A stretch of DNA of 64,000 nucleotides from Prevotella sp. (GCA_017623655.1 JAGAON010000001.1:44233-108232); one strand, 5' to 3'; shown: positions 40,350 to 50,732, counted from the first letter of the stretch. The notes: generated from the letters alone by a model not told the origin. Program-made: numbers and translations.

Positions 40350-43300
40350 TTAGAAGTTCACGTTGAGACCGAATGAGAATGCACGGTTACGCGGGTAGCG
40401 GTTGTAGTCCATTGAAGGAGTAAGGCCTGACTGTACGTCCACTTCCGGGTCGTATCCGGAGTAACCGGTGAGAATGAACAGGTTGCTTGCGGAAACGTAT
40501 GCGCGCACCTTGCTGATGCCTATCTTCTTCAGAAGTTTCTTTGGCAGTGTGTAGCCGATGGTGAGGTCGTTGCAGCGGAGGAACGAGCCATCCTCAACGA
40601 AGTATGAGTTGATGGTGCGTGACGTAACGTCAGCAGGGTTCCAGAGGCTCTTGCCGCCGTTCATCTCCGTGAAGATCTCAATAATCTTGTTCGTGCTTAT
40701 GTTGCCGTTCTGCATTACGTCGTCGTGGCTGCCGGTGTCGTAAGTGTAGCACCAGCGGTTGTCGCGGCCGAACTCTGCCAGCACGTTGGTATAGCTTGAA
40801 GAATTCTCGGAAGCTGATGACAGAGCGTATGCCGTACCGTTGTAAACGTCAAAGTTAAGCATATATGTGAAGTTTACGGCAAAGTCCCAGTCCTTCCATG
40901 TGCCGTTGAGGCCGAAGCCGCCCTGCCAGCGCGGGTTGGTGTTGCCTATCACGGTGCGGTCCTTGGTCGTGATCTTCCCGTCGCCGTCCAAGTCCTTGAA
41001 CTTGATCTTGCCTGCCATGGTGGGATCACCTGATATGGACGCCTTCATCACGTCGGTGGTCATCTCCGGCACACCGTCCTTCAACACCCACTTGCGCTTG
41101 TTCACAACGCTCTCCGGCTGGAAGTCGTCGATGCTGTACACGCCGTCGTAGATGTAACCGTAGAGCAGGCCAACCTCGTTGCCTACCTCAAGCAGGTAGT
41201 CGTCCTGCCCGACAGAGCTGAAGCGTGAGGAGTAGTTGAACAGGCGTGAGTCGGTAGCGTTAAGCTCCTTGACGGTCATCTTGTTGTGTCCGGCCGTCAG
41301 GGTGCCTGAGAGCACGAAGTCCTTGCCGCGCATGATGTCTCCGCTGACGGTAAGCTCAAAGCCCTTGTTCTGCACCTTGCCGATGTTCTGCATCTGCTTG
41401 GTGTAACCGGAAACGGCAGGTATGGTCGAGTTGTAAAGAAGGTCACGCGTGGTGTTCCAGTACAACTCGGGCGTAACGTTCAGGCGGCCGCCGAAGAGCG
41501 AGATGTCAAACGCCACGTTGCGTGTGATGGTCGTCTCCCACTTCACGTCAGTGTTGGGGAATGTTGACGGGATGTCATAGTACATTTCGCCATACTGGCG
41601 GTTCTCGCCGAATCCCGGGCCTCCCTCTATCTGCATGGTGTAGAGGTAGCGCCACATATCGTCGTTGATATTGTTGTTACCTGCAAGACCGAAGGCAAGG
41701 CGCAGCTTCAGCTGGTCAATCCATTTCACGTCCTTGAGGAACTTCTCCTTGTTTATCACCCACGCTCCGGAGATTGACGGGAACCAGCCCCACTGGTTGC
41801 CCGGCGCGAACTTGGTTGAGCCGTCACCGCGGATGGTGCCGGACAGATAGTACTTGGAGTCGTAGTTGTATGACACCTGTCCGAAGAAGGACGCCGTGCG
41901 GTTTGAGGTTGACAGATAAGTGTTGCTGATGTACGGAGTGCCGAGACCCATGTTGTTGAACGCCTCCTCCGCGCCCACGGCACGGTCGAAGTAGCGGTTC
42001 TTCTGCTCGCTCTCCTTGTACTGCGTGTTGTAAATCTCCTGTCCGAGGAGGTACGAGAGGTTATGCACGTCATTCAGCGTGTGGCTGTATGTGGCTGTAT
42101 TTGTCCATGTGTACGACTGCGTAGTGCGCTGCACAAGTGATGCCACAGGCTGCGAGTTATACTTCTTGCCCTCGCCGGTGAGCGCGCCCCAATAACGCTG
42201 CGTGTCACGGAAGGTGATGGAGTAGTTGCCCTCCGTGCGCAGGATAAGGTTCTGTATCGGTTCCCATTGCAGTGAGAAACGGTTGTTCACATTATATGAA
42301 TGCCTCTTCTGCACGTTGGTGGCAATGTTAGCGACAGGGTTGTTCTCGTCGAAGTCCTTGTCAATGTCAGCGTCCACGAAGTTAGGGTTGTGCGAGCCGA
42401 ACTGGCGGTAACCCTTTGTGGGACGGTACTGAAGCACGTCTATGATACCGCCTACACCCACTCCTTCGCCGCCTGCGCCCTCGTCGCGACGGTAAGTCAT
42501 CGTCGGGCTGTAAGTCAGCTTGAGGTTCTTGCTGATGTTGGTGGCGAGCTTGAGGTTGATGTTGGTACGGCGAACGCCGGAACCCATGATGATACCCTTG
42601 TCCTCGGACTGCGTCAGGGACAGGTTGAACTTCGTCTTCTCGCTGCCGCCGCCCACTGTTACGTTGGCTGAATAGCTGAGCGGAGTCTCGTTCATCACCT
42701 CGTCCTGCCATGACGTGTTAGGCAGCGTGCGGTAGATGTCGATGTCGGAAGGGTTGCCGTAGTTCTCGCGGAAATAACGTGTCGAGCCGTTGCTGTAGCT
42801 CACGTTACCCTGTGCGCGGTCCCACTGGTACTCCACGAAATCTCCCGTGTTCATCAAGTCGAGCTTCTTTGAGATGTGCGAGAGGGTCATGCGTCCGTTG
42901 AACGACACCTGCACCTTGCCCTCCTTGGCCGACTTGGTGGTCACCACGATAACGCCGTTACCGCCCTTCGCGCCGTAGATGGCGGTGAGGGAGGCGTCCT
43001 TCAACACGTCGATGGACGCGATGTCGCTCGGCGGGATGTCGTTGATGTTTGACTGCTGGAAGCCGTCAACGATGTAGAGCGGCTCGTTGGACTGCGTGAC
43101 TGACGTTGCGCCGCGCACGCGGATGTTGATGTCCGCACCCGGCTGGCCATCGACAGAGGTGACCTGCACGCCGGCGATCTTGCCTTGGAGAGCCTCTGCG
43201 GCAGAAGCCACAGGCACGGCGGCCAGCTTGGCGCCGGAGATGGAGCCTACGGAACCCGTGAGGTCCTTGCGGGCCTTGGAGCCGTAACCGATGGCCACCA

Positions 43301-43619
43301 CCTCGTTAAGCACGGTGGCGTCATCTTCCAATGTGACAGCCACTTCCGACTTTCCGCCGGGTTTGACGCTGGCCGTCTTCATGCCAACGTATGAAATCAG
43401 CAGTTCGTGGGACGCGGACTGCATCTTGATGGTGAAGTTACCGTCGAAGTCGGTGATGACGCCGTTGCTGGTGCCCTTCTCCATGACGGTTGCGCCGATG
43501 ACCGGCTCACCCATGCTGTCCTTAACGTTACCCTTCACTGTCTGCGCCTGTACTGCCGCACAGAACATGAGCAGCAGCGCAACGAGCGCAAAGCGTACGT
43601 TTTTGATTTTTTCAGACAT
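40350..43619 (-). CDS. susC: SusC/RagA TonB-dependent transporter
   Basis: LNEVVAIGYG, NEPLYIVDG, IDVLKDASLTAIYGAKGGNGVIVVTTK and a terminal GLNVNF. Confidence 0.96.
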   Translation of the reverse strand: MSEKIKNVRFALVALLLMFCAAVQAQTVKGNVKDSMGEPVIGATVMEKGTSNGVITDFDGNFTIKMQSASHELLISYVGMKTASVKPGGKSEVAVTLEDDATVLNEVVAIGYGSKARKDLTGSVGSISGAKLAAVPVASAAEALQGKIAGVQVTSVDGQPGADINIRVRGATSVTQSNEPLYIVDGFQQSNINDIPPSDIASIDVLKDASLTAIYGAKGGNGVIVVTTKSAKEGKVQVSFNGRMTLSHISKKLDLMNTGDFVEYQWDRAQGNVSYSNGSTRYFRENYGNPSDIDIYRTLPNTSWQDEVMNETPLSYSANVTVGGGSEKTKFNLSLTQSEDKGIIMGSGVRRTNINLKLATNISKNLKLTYSPTMTYRRDEGAGGEGVGVGGIIDVLQYRPTKGYRQFGSHNPNFVDADIDKDFDENNPVANIATNVQKRHSYNVNNRFSLQWEPIQNLILRTEGNYSITFRDTQRYWGALTGEGKKYNSQPVASLVQRTTQSYTWTNTATYSHTLNDVHNLSYLLGQEIYNTQYKESEQKNRYFDRAVGAEEAFNNMGLGTPYISNTYLSTSNRTASFFGQVSYNYDSKYYLSGTIRGDGSTKFAPGNQWGWFPSISGAWVINKEKFLKDVKWIDQLKLRLAFGLAGNNNINDDMWRYLYTMQIEGGPGFGENRQYGEMYYDIPSTFPNTDVKWETTITRNVAFDISLFGGRLNVTPELYWNTTRDLLYNSTIPAVSGYTKQMQNIGKVQNKGFELTVSGDIMRGKDFVLSGTLTAGHNKMTVKELNATDSRLFNYSSRFSSVGQDDYLLEVGNEVGLLYGYIYDGVYSIDDFQPESVVNKRKWVLKDGVPEMTTDVMKASISGDPTMAGKIKFKDLDGDGKITTKDRTVIGNTNPRWQGGFGLNGTWKDWDFAVNFTYMLNFDVYNGTAYALSSASENSSSYTNVLAEFGRDNRWCYTYDTGSHDDVMQNGNISTNKIIEIFTEMNGGKSLWNPADVTSRTINSYFVEDGSFLRCNDLTIGYTLPKKLLKKIGISKVRAYVSASNLFILTGYSGYDPEVDVQSGLTPSMDYNRYPRNRAFSFGLNVNF

Positions 43620-43660
43620 AGAATAATGTTTTAGATTAATATGAAATTGTTTGTAGTTTG

Positions 43661-43722
43661 TTGTATAGTTAGTCTCTGCGATTCAGGCTTCCGCCGCCGT
43701 GTTCAGGTTACCGGCGCTAACC
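43661..43722 (-). repeat. 62-bp inverted repeat, left copy
   Basis: Its reverse complement matches 44599-44660 at 59/62 positions. Confidence 0.95.
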
Positions 43723-43747
43723 CAAACGGGGGGATGAAACCGGTGGT

Positions 43748-43980
43748 GAACCCTGAAAGGGTGACAGAACCAAGCCCGGGGTGCAAACCCCGGGTACGAT
43801 AATGATGCCGACAATGAATAGTATTGGCACCCCGAAGCCGGCAGGCGAGATGCCCGCAGGGCAGCGAGGGGTGAAAACAAAAACGGATAACGGAAAACGT
43901 GTGGCAAACGGCAAAAGTCATTGCGAACGGAACGCGGATGTATCACCCCGGGTTAAGCTCTGTCACCCCTGCGGGGTTAA
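43748..43980. repeat. Palindromic REP-like element (CCCTGAAAGGG family)
   Basis: AACCCTGAAAGGGTGACAGA..CCCGGGGTG pairs with CACCCCGGG..TCTGTCACCCCTGCGGGGTT. Confidence 0.8.
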
Positions 43981-43986
43981 CCGGAA

Positions 43987-44071
43987 AACAAACAGCACCT
44001 GTTTACAGTGTAATCAGCACCATTTCATCGTGCAATCAGCACCTGTTTGCCACGCAATCAGCACCAGATTA
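43987..44071. repeat. 22-bp tandem array
   Basis: Four units, e.g. gcaatcagcacctgtttgccac. Confidence 0.75.
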
Positions 44072-44132
44072 CGAACGCCCCATAAAAGATTGGAAAAATC
44101 AGGATTACGGGGCGATGACGCAGCCGGGAAAA

Positions 44133-44253
44133 GTAGGCACGGCATCTTGCCGCGCAACAGACGAAGACGACCAAGAGAAGGCGTATTTTTATACATCCTC
44201 AAAAAAACAAGCCTGTGGCAATGCAGGGAGACGATGAGGTTCATCGTCTCTAC
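44133..44253. repeat. Hybrid GTAG REP doublet
   Basis: GTAGGCACGGCATCTTGCCGCGC ... GAGACGATGAGGTTCATCGTCTCTAC. Confidence 0.7.
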
Positions 44254-44465
44254 CCGCGGACATGACAAACGAGCAGCCTGTCACGTTTTTTGATGATAAA
44301 AAATGTAAAAGAAAGGAATGTTTATAAAACAAAAAGTGCCGGTTTGCGCTTTTTGTATGGGGGAAAAATGTGTCACAGATGCCTATAATAACAGTAAAAT
44401 CGTATCAGTTGAACGCTTTTATAACTTTTTAACATCCTTTTCTTTCTCTTATCTTGAAATATTTT

Positions 44466-44473
44466 TACTTTTG
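44466..44473 (+). promoter_or_regulatory. -7 promoter element inside the IR-bounded segment
   Basis: TACTTTTG in an AT-rich context, with no good -33 TTTG. Confidence 0.6.
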
Positions 44474-44563
44474 TAACGACAAATTATCATTTGCATAGGG
44501 AAAAGCATAGAGAAAACATTTGTCATCCATAAGGATTATCCTTAACCTTGAAGAAACGATATT

Positions 44564-44638
44564 ATGAATTTACAGTTGTCCGGAACAGCCTTGGCAAAGG
44601 TTAGCGCCGGTAACCCGAACACGACGGCGGAAGCCTGA
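44564..44638 (+). CDS. Putative 24-aa leader peptide crossing the right IR boundary
   Basis: MNLQLSGTALAKVSAGNPNTTAEA*, with an A-rich start context (AAGAAACGATATT-ATG). Confidence 0.35.
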   Translation: MNLQLSGTALAKVSAGNPNTTAEA

Positions 44639-44660
44639 ATCGCAGAGACTAACTACACAA
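44599..44660 (+). repeat. 62-bp inverted repeat, right copy
   Basis: GGTTAGCGCCGGTAACCCGAACACGACGGCGGAAGCCTGAATCGCAGAGACTAACTACACAA. Confidence 0.95.
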
Positions 44661-44837
44661 AAAACAATATAAAAGCATACTAATCATATCGGAATGTTTT
44701 ATGAGGATAAGGGAAAAACCGTGTGCCGGGCATCGCGGTAGTCACCCCGCGGAGGCCTGTCGGCAGGGTGGGGAAGGAGTGCCTTATCTGTTGCAGGTAA
44801 ATACAAACAAATAAAATACAAACAAAAACTATTCAAC

Positions 44838-47291
44838 ATGTCAAACATTCTAAAGAATTTATTGAGCTGTGCGCCCAAAGTGGGCAGGCTTGGCATGGGC
44901 TCACTCTGCCTGGCCTTGGGGTTGGCTTCGTGTTCGGACATGGATGAGTACTTCGAGACCCCGTCGTGGCTTCGAGGTTCTGTCTATGAGACGCTGAACG
45001 ATGACGGCAACTATTCCCTCTTCCTCGCAGGTGCCGAGAAGGCGGGGTACCGTCCGCTCATGGAGGGCAAGTCCATCGTCACCGTCATGGCGCCTACTGA
45101 CGAGAAGCTGGCCGCCTACATGAACGAGCATTACGGCACCGCAGACGTCAACTCCATTCCCGTTGAGGAGTTGCAGAAGCTGATAGGCTTCCATATTCTC
45201 TACTATTCTTTCGACAAGAACAACCTCATCAACTTCCGCCCTGCGGAGGGTGACGGGGCTACGGAGGATGAACTGCTGGCGAATGCGGGACTGTACTATA
45301 AGTTCCGCACAAAGAGCCAGGACCCGATCACGGTGGAGCAGGCGGAGATTACGACCACCGACGCCGCTACGGGAACTTCCACCACGGAGGTGAAGAATGT
45401 TGACGTGTATCACCTTGAGCGTTACGTGCCGGTGTTCTCATACCAGATGTTCCGCACAAAGACCATCAGCGCTGCCGAGAACTACAACTACTTCTTCCCC
45501 GGACAGTGGCGCGGCGACAACGGCTTCAACGTGAGCAACGCCGGTGTTGACGAATATAGCGTGGCCACAAGCAACGGTTACATCTACCGCGTGGATAACG
45601 TGCTGACACCGTTGCAGACCATATATACCGAGCTGAAGAACCGCCCGCAGTTCAGCCGCTTCCTGTCCATGTATGACAAATACAGCAACTATGTCATGGA
45701 CGAGAACCTTACCACAAACTACGGCAACGGCAAGGAACTGTACCAGCATTACCACAACAAGGACTACCAGCTTGCGCCGATAGCCTGCGAATGGCCGGTC
45801 ACCGACTACACGGCGGTGGTCGATCTTGCAAGCCGTTCATACTCCGTTTTCGCCTTCTCCAACGATGCCTTCGAGTCTTTCTTCAATGACTTCTGGGGAC
45901 AGGGAGGGTATGAGAGCATGGACGACCCCGACCTTGCGGAGCCTGTGAGGGACCTGTTGCTGAACTCATACAGCACCGAGAGCGTCGCGTTCCCGGAGGA
46001 GATAGAGAAGGGACTGGTGCTCAACTACAACATAGACGCAAGGAATCCTACGCCGATACGCTTTGACCCGTATGCCGATGTGGCGCAGGAGAACCGCGTG
46101 ATGTGCTCCAACGGCGTGCTCTACGGATGCAGCAAGCTCACACCGCCGGCCAAGTACAACTCCGTGACAGGCCCGGCATACCAGTACAAGAAGTTCTCCT
46201 TCTTCCTCAATATGCTGAACGCCTCGGGCATGACCAACACGCTGTCACTGGAGTCGGAGAAGTACATCATGCTCTATCCGTCCAACCAGCAGATGACGGA
46301 CAGGGAGGGTTACGCCTTTGACGAGACCGGAAGGCTCGTGACAGTGGTCGGCACTACCAGCACGCCGGTCAGCTCGGCGACGAAGTCCGCCACCATCAAC
46401 GCACACGTGGCGTCACCCGATGACGGCAACACCGTGCTGCCGCTGACGGGAAAGAAGGTGATACAGGCCTTCACGCCGGACTTCAAGCTGTACTGGTACG
46501 TGAAGGATGGCAAGCTGACAAACTCTATAAAGCATAACGACCGGCTGAAATATGCCGAGAACACCGTCACCGACGAGGATATATGGGCTTCCTTCGAGCC
46601 GCTCGGATACCGCGGGGACGATAACGGATGGACCAACGGCCATGCCTACCAGTACGACAATCTCGTGTTCCACGGCAACTACGCTGACTTGCGTTTCAAT
46701 AACTTCATGACCATGATGTGGAACCTGCACACGGACGAGACGACGGACTTCTACGGATGGATAAACCTGCTTAACAGGTCGGGACTTGTGACAAACCAGG
46801 GGCAGATGCCTCTCATGACGGAGTCCTCACTCATGTTCGTGCCCGCTACGCAGGCACTGGAGCAGGCCATACTCGACGGAAAGCTGCCGGGAATAACGGC
46901 TGACGAGGGTGCGGCGGCAGGCAACGCCGACTTCTTCACCCGCTGCACTGTCACGGACCAGGCCGCCTTGCAGACGTACCTGCTGTCTTATTTCGTGCCG
47001 CTCTCTTCCGCAGTGATGTCCAACTACCCCTATCCCGGATGGGGTGAGGACACAAGGCAGTACGGAGGCCTGATAACCTTCGACCAGGATGCGGAGCAGT
47101 CTGACATAGCCACACGGCTTAACATATATGATGACGGCACACGCCTCAGCGTGACAAGGACGCCGATAAACACCACGACGGAATCGGCAAGAGTGACGGT
47201 CAGTGACGCTTACGACACTTTCCCGTTCGTGTTCGAGGATGGTTGCGTGCATTTCCTCGAAGACGTGCTGCCACTTGTCAACGGAAAATAA
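44838..47291 (+). CDS. Fasciclin (FAS1)-domain lipoprotein
   Basis: Lipobox LASC, TVMAPTDE and SNGYIYRVDNVLTP (FAS1 H1/H2 motifs). Confidence 0.85.
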   Translation: MSNILKNLLSCAPKVGRLGMGSLCLALGLASCSDMDEYFETPSWLRGSVYETLNDDGNYSLFLAGAEKAGYRPLMEGKSIVTVMAPTDEKLAAYMNEHYGTADVNSIPVEELQKLIGFHILYYSFDKNNLINFRPAEGDGATEDELLANAGLYYKFRTKSQDPITVEQAEITTTDAATGTSTTEVKNVDVYHLERYVPVFSYQMFRTKTISAAENYNYFFPGQWRGDNGFNVSNAGVDEYSVATSNGYIYRVDNVLTPLQTIYTELKNRPQFSRFLSMYDKYSNYVMDENLTTNYGNGKELYQHYHNKDYQLAPIACEWPVTDYTAVVDLASRSYSVFAFSNDAFESFFNDFWGQGGYESMDDPDLAEPVRDLLLNSYSTESVAFPEEIEKGLVLNYNIDARNPTPIRFDPYADVAQENRVMCSNGVLYGCSKLTPPAKYNSVTGPAYQYKKFSFFLNMLNASGMTNTLSLESEKYIMLYPSNQQMTDREGYAFDETGRLVTVVGTTSTPVSSATKSATINAHVASPDDGNTVLPLTGKKVIQAFTPDFKLYWYVKDGKLTNSIKHNDRLKYAENTVTDEDIWASFEPLGYRGDDNGWTNGHAYQYDNLVFHGNYADLRFNNFMTMMWNLHTDETTDFYGWINLLNRSGLVTNQGQMPLMTESSLMFVPATQALEQAILDGKLPGITADEGAAAGNADFFTRCTVTDQAALQTYLLSYFVPLSSAVMSNYPYPGWGEDTRQYGGLITFDQDAEQSDIATRLNIYDDGTRLSVTRTPINTTTESARVTVSDAYDTFPFVFEDGCVHFLEDVLPLVNGK

Positions 47292-47388
47292 TCTTTTAGC
47301 CGTTTGGCGTTTTGGCTGACAGCCGGACAATCCACAGGACCGGACAACCAATCCGCCGGACTGCTAAATCATAAAATAATATACAACA

Positions 47389-50300
47389 ATGAAGAAATAC
47401 ATATATATATTATTGCTGTCTCTCTTCGCTGCCTTGCCCTCGGTGGCTCAGGATGTCCTTACAGGCACGGTGACAGAGACGATAGGAGGTGCGGACGAGC
47501 CGTGTATCGGCGTCAACGTCACGTTTGTAAACGCCCAGAACCGTATAGTCGTGGGTACCGTGACCGACCTCTCCGGAATGTACTCGCTCAAAGTTCCGGC
47601 CGATGCCGGCAAGCTGACGTTGCAGTTCTCATACATAGGAATGAAGACCCAGAAGATAAAATACACGGGGCAGAAGCAGCTGGACGTGAAACTTGAAGCC
47701 GACAACTCGCAGACACAGTTGCAGGAAGTGCACGTGACGGGCTCCCGCGGAAGCAGGAACGAGATGGGTGTCGGCGTGCGCGAGCAGGCTTTCGCCACAC
47801 AGAAGATAAACCTCGGACAGATACTTGAGGCCGCTCCCGTCACCTCTGTGGAGGAAGCCTTGCAGGGACAGCTGGGCGGTGTCGATATCATTGCCGGCGG
47901 AGACCCGGGCGCAAAGAGCAGCATCCGCATCCGCGGTACGGCCACTCTGAACTCAAACTCCGACCCGCTGATAGTCATTGACGGCGTGCCGTACTCCACG
48001 GACATCGACGATTCATTCGACTTCAACACCGCAAGTCAGGAAGATTTCGCGCAGATGCTGTCCCTGAACCCTAACGACATCGAGAGCATCGAGGTGCTGA
48101 AAGACGCCGCTTCAACCGCCATCTACGGCACAAAAGGCGCCAACGGCGTGCTGCTCATAACCAAGAAGAAGGGCGCACGCTCAAAGACACGCTTCACCTT
48201 CTCCACAAAGAACTCGGTGAAGATAGAGCCGGAATCAATGCCAATGCTCTCCGGAAACGACTATGTGGCATACATACAGGACGCCATCTGGAACTCGGCA
48301 AACGCCCAGGGACTCAACAACTCCGGCAATCTGCTGGAATATCTCTTCAATACTCCGGAGATAGGTTACAACCAGAACTGGCGCTATTTCGATGAGTACA
48401 ACCAGAACACCGACTGGTTGTCATACGTAAAGCAGAACGCCTTTACCACCGACAACACCTTCTCCATGTCGGGAGGCGGCGAGAAAGCCAACTACCGTTT
48501 CTCCTTAGGATACATGAATGAGGGCGGTACCACCAAGGGAACATCCCTAGGCCGTCTGTCAACCTCGCTCAACGTGGGCTACAACTTCTCCGAGAAACTG
48601 CACGTGGAGGCCGAATATTCTTACACCGACACCGACAAGGACTCCCCATATACCGATGACGTGCGCGCCGCGGCACTGGTCAAAGCGCCGAACAAGTCAC
48701 CTTATTATATAAAGGACGGGCAGATGACCGGCACGTACTTTACCCGGCAGAACAAAGACGAGTTCCAAGGAGCGTACCGTGGTTCCAGCCGTATCAGCAA
48801 CAGCGCATACAACTATCATCCCGTCATCATGGCCGAGGACTCCTACAAGGAACTGTCCATCAAGGAGCAGAAGATGACAGTCCGCGCCCGGTGGTACGTG
48901 CTTCCGGAGCTTACCTACAACGGTTACGTGTCGATGAAGTTCAACACCCAGAAGACGGAAACATGGCTTCCGCAGTCTGCCACAGGCCTCGACTACGGAC
49001 TGTTGGAGACACACGGGAGCAACTACAACTACATAGACCAGGCCGGCGAGTCCTATTCCAACAACTTCTCCTTGCAGACCGAGAACAAGCTCATGTTCCG
49101 CAAGAACTGGAACGACATCCACAACCTTGTCGTTACGGGACTGTGGTACACCTCACAGAGCCGCGCCTCCACATGGTCGGCATACCGTTGCGGCGTGGGT
49201 TCATACTCCCTTTCCGACGTTTCTGGCGGCAACGGCTATCTGTATCAGGAAGTTTCCGGCAAGTCAGAGGTCACATCTCTCTCCGCCCGCGGCTCCGTGG
49301 CCTACACCTTCCTCAACCGCTATACCGTCAACGGCACCTTCAACTATGAGGGCAAGTCATCCCTCGGCAAGGACAACCGCTGGGGATTCTTCCCGTCAGT
49401 GGGCGTGTCATGGCAGGTGCAGGACGAGCCTTTCATGAAGGCTTGGAAGGAAGACTTCCTCACACAGTGGAAGATACGCGCGTCATGGGGTATGTCCGGC
49501 AATGCGCCGAGCGGCACGTCACCATACGTGGGAACGTATGCCTCACAGGGAAACTACATCGACGGTCCGGCAATATCCGCCAACACCATGCAGCTTAACA
49601 AGCTGAAATGGGAGACGTCACGCGAGATAGACCTCGGTACCGACATCAATATATGGGACGGCAAGCTGACGTTCACCTTCGACTACTACCGCAAGGACAC
49701 GAAAGACCTGTTGCAGAAGGACATCAAGATACCGCTTACCACCGGCTATCCCGATGCCAAGATGAAGTTCTACAACTCCGGCAAGCTGTGCAACGAGGGC
49801 TGGGAGGCGCGTGTTGACTGGAAGGCATTTCACAACAAGAAGTGGGACCTGTCCGTCAACTTCAACATCTCCAACAACAAGAACACCATCGTCGAGCTGC
49901 CCGAGAACATAGCCGAGGAGCAGTTCTCCATGAGGAACGGTTCCGGCAACTACGCCCAGAAGCTCATCGCCGGCACCTCCGTAGGCTCTTTCTTCGGATT
50001 CAAGTACAAGGGAGTGTATCAGAATACGGAGGCCACCTACGCCCGCGATGCTGAGGGCAACGTGATGTATGACCTCCAAGGTCAGCCCATCGTGATGCAG
50101 AACAATAATATCCGCTGCTATCCCGGCGATGCCAGTTATGAGGACATCAACCATGACGGCGTCATAGACAAGAACGACCTTGTTTATCTCGGCAACTCCA
50201 ACCCTACGCTTTCCGGTGGCGGCGGCTTCACGCTTAAATACGACCGCTTCGCCCTTACCGTCTTCATGCACTACCGCCTTGGTCAGAAAATCATCAATGC

Positions 50301-50697
50301 GGCGCGCATGGACGCGGAGGGAATGTATAACGCCAACAACCAGTCAACGGCCGTACTCGGCCGCTGGCGCAACGAAGGCGACCAGACGGAGATACCGCGC
50401 GCGCTGTGGAACTACGGTTACAACCAGCTCGGTTCCGACAGATACGTGGAGGACTGCTCGTTCCTGCGCTTCAAGACCATCTCGCTCAGTTACAACCTTC
50501 CAAAGAAGTTCTGCGAGAATATCGGCCTCACGTCGGCCAATGTGTTCCTGACGGGCTATGACCTCTTCACCATAACCGACTATACCGGCATGGATCCGGA
50601 AGTCACGCTGCCGTCAAGTGTCACCGCCATCGCCAAGGATCAGGCGCAGACACCGCGCAGCAAACGCTTCTCAATGGGCGTCACCGTAAACTTCTAA
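47389..50697 (+). CDS. susC: SusC/RagA TonB-dependent transporter
   Basis: IRIRGTATL, DPLIVIDG, IEVLKDAASTAIYGTKGANGVLLITKK and a terminal GVTVNF. Confidence 0.96.
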   Translation: MKKYIYILLLSLFAALPSVAQDVLTGTVTETIGGADEPCIGVNVTFVNAQNRIVVGTVTDLSGMYSLKVPADAGKLTLQFSYIGMKTQKIKYTGQKQLDVKLEADNSQTQLQEVHVTGSRGSRNEMGVGVREQAFATQKINLGQILEAAPVTSVEEALQGQLGGVDIIAGGDPGAKSSIRIRGTATLNSNSDPLIVIDGVPYSTDIDDSFDFNTASQEDFAQMLSLNPNDIESIEVLKDAASTAIYGTKGANGVLLITKKKGARSKTRFTFSTKNSVKIEPESMPMLSGNDYVAYIQDAIWNSANAQGLNNSGNLLEYLFNTPEIGYNQNWRYFDEYNQNTDWLSYVKQNAFTTDNTFSMSGGGEKANYRFSLGYMNEGGTTKGTSLGRLSTSLNVGYNFSEKLHVEAEYSYTDTDKDSPYTDDVRAAALVKAPNKSPYYIKDGQMTGTYFTRQNKDEFQGAYRGSSRISNSAYNYHPVIMAEDSYKELSIKEQKMTVRARWYVLPELTYNGYVSMKFNTQKTETWLPQSATGLDYGLLETHGSNYNYIDQAGESYSNNFSLQTENKLMFRKNWNDIHNLVVTGLWYTSQSRASTWSAYRCGVGSYSLSDVSGGNGYLYQEVSGKSEVTSLSARGSVAYTFLNRYTVNGTFNYEGKSSLGKDNRWGFFPSVGVSWQVQDEPFMKAWKEDFLTQWKIRASWGMSGNAPSGTSPYVGTYASQGNYIDGPAISANTMQLNKLKWETSREIDLGTDINIWDGKLTFTFDYYRKDTKDLLQKDIKIPLTTGYPDAKMKFYNSGKLCNEGWEARVDWKAFHNKKWDLSVNFNISNNKNTIVELPENIAEEQFSMRNGSGNYAQKLIAGTSVGSFFGFKYKGVYQNTEATYARDAEGNVMYDLQGQPIVMQNNNIRCYPGDASYEDINHDGVIDKNDLVYLGNSNPTLSGGGGFTLKYDRFALTVFMHYRLGQKIINAARMDAEGMYNANNQSTAVLGRWRNEGDQTEIPRALWNYGYNQLGSDRYVEDCSFLRFKTISLSYNLPKKFCENIGLTSANVFLTGYDLFTITDYTGMDPEVTLPSSVTAIAKDQAQTPRSKRFSMGVTVNF

Positions 50698-50732
50698 GCT
50701 CTTGCAGTATTATGGATTTAAGACAAGTAACA

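Noticed and set aside
43683-44293. Short ORFs (65-170 aa) in the inter-PUL region
   Set aside because: They are translations of REP and 22-bp repeat DNA with no recognisable protein signature, and none resembles a recombinase.
44735-44741. GCGGTAG, an ops-like core in the right PUL leader
   Set aside because: It is only a 7-nt match lacking the flanking consensus bases, and there is no NusG paralogue in the window.
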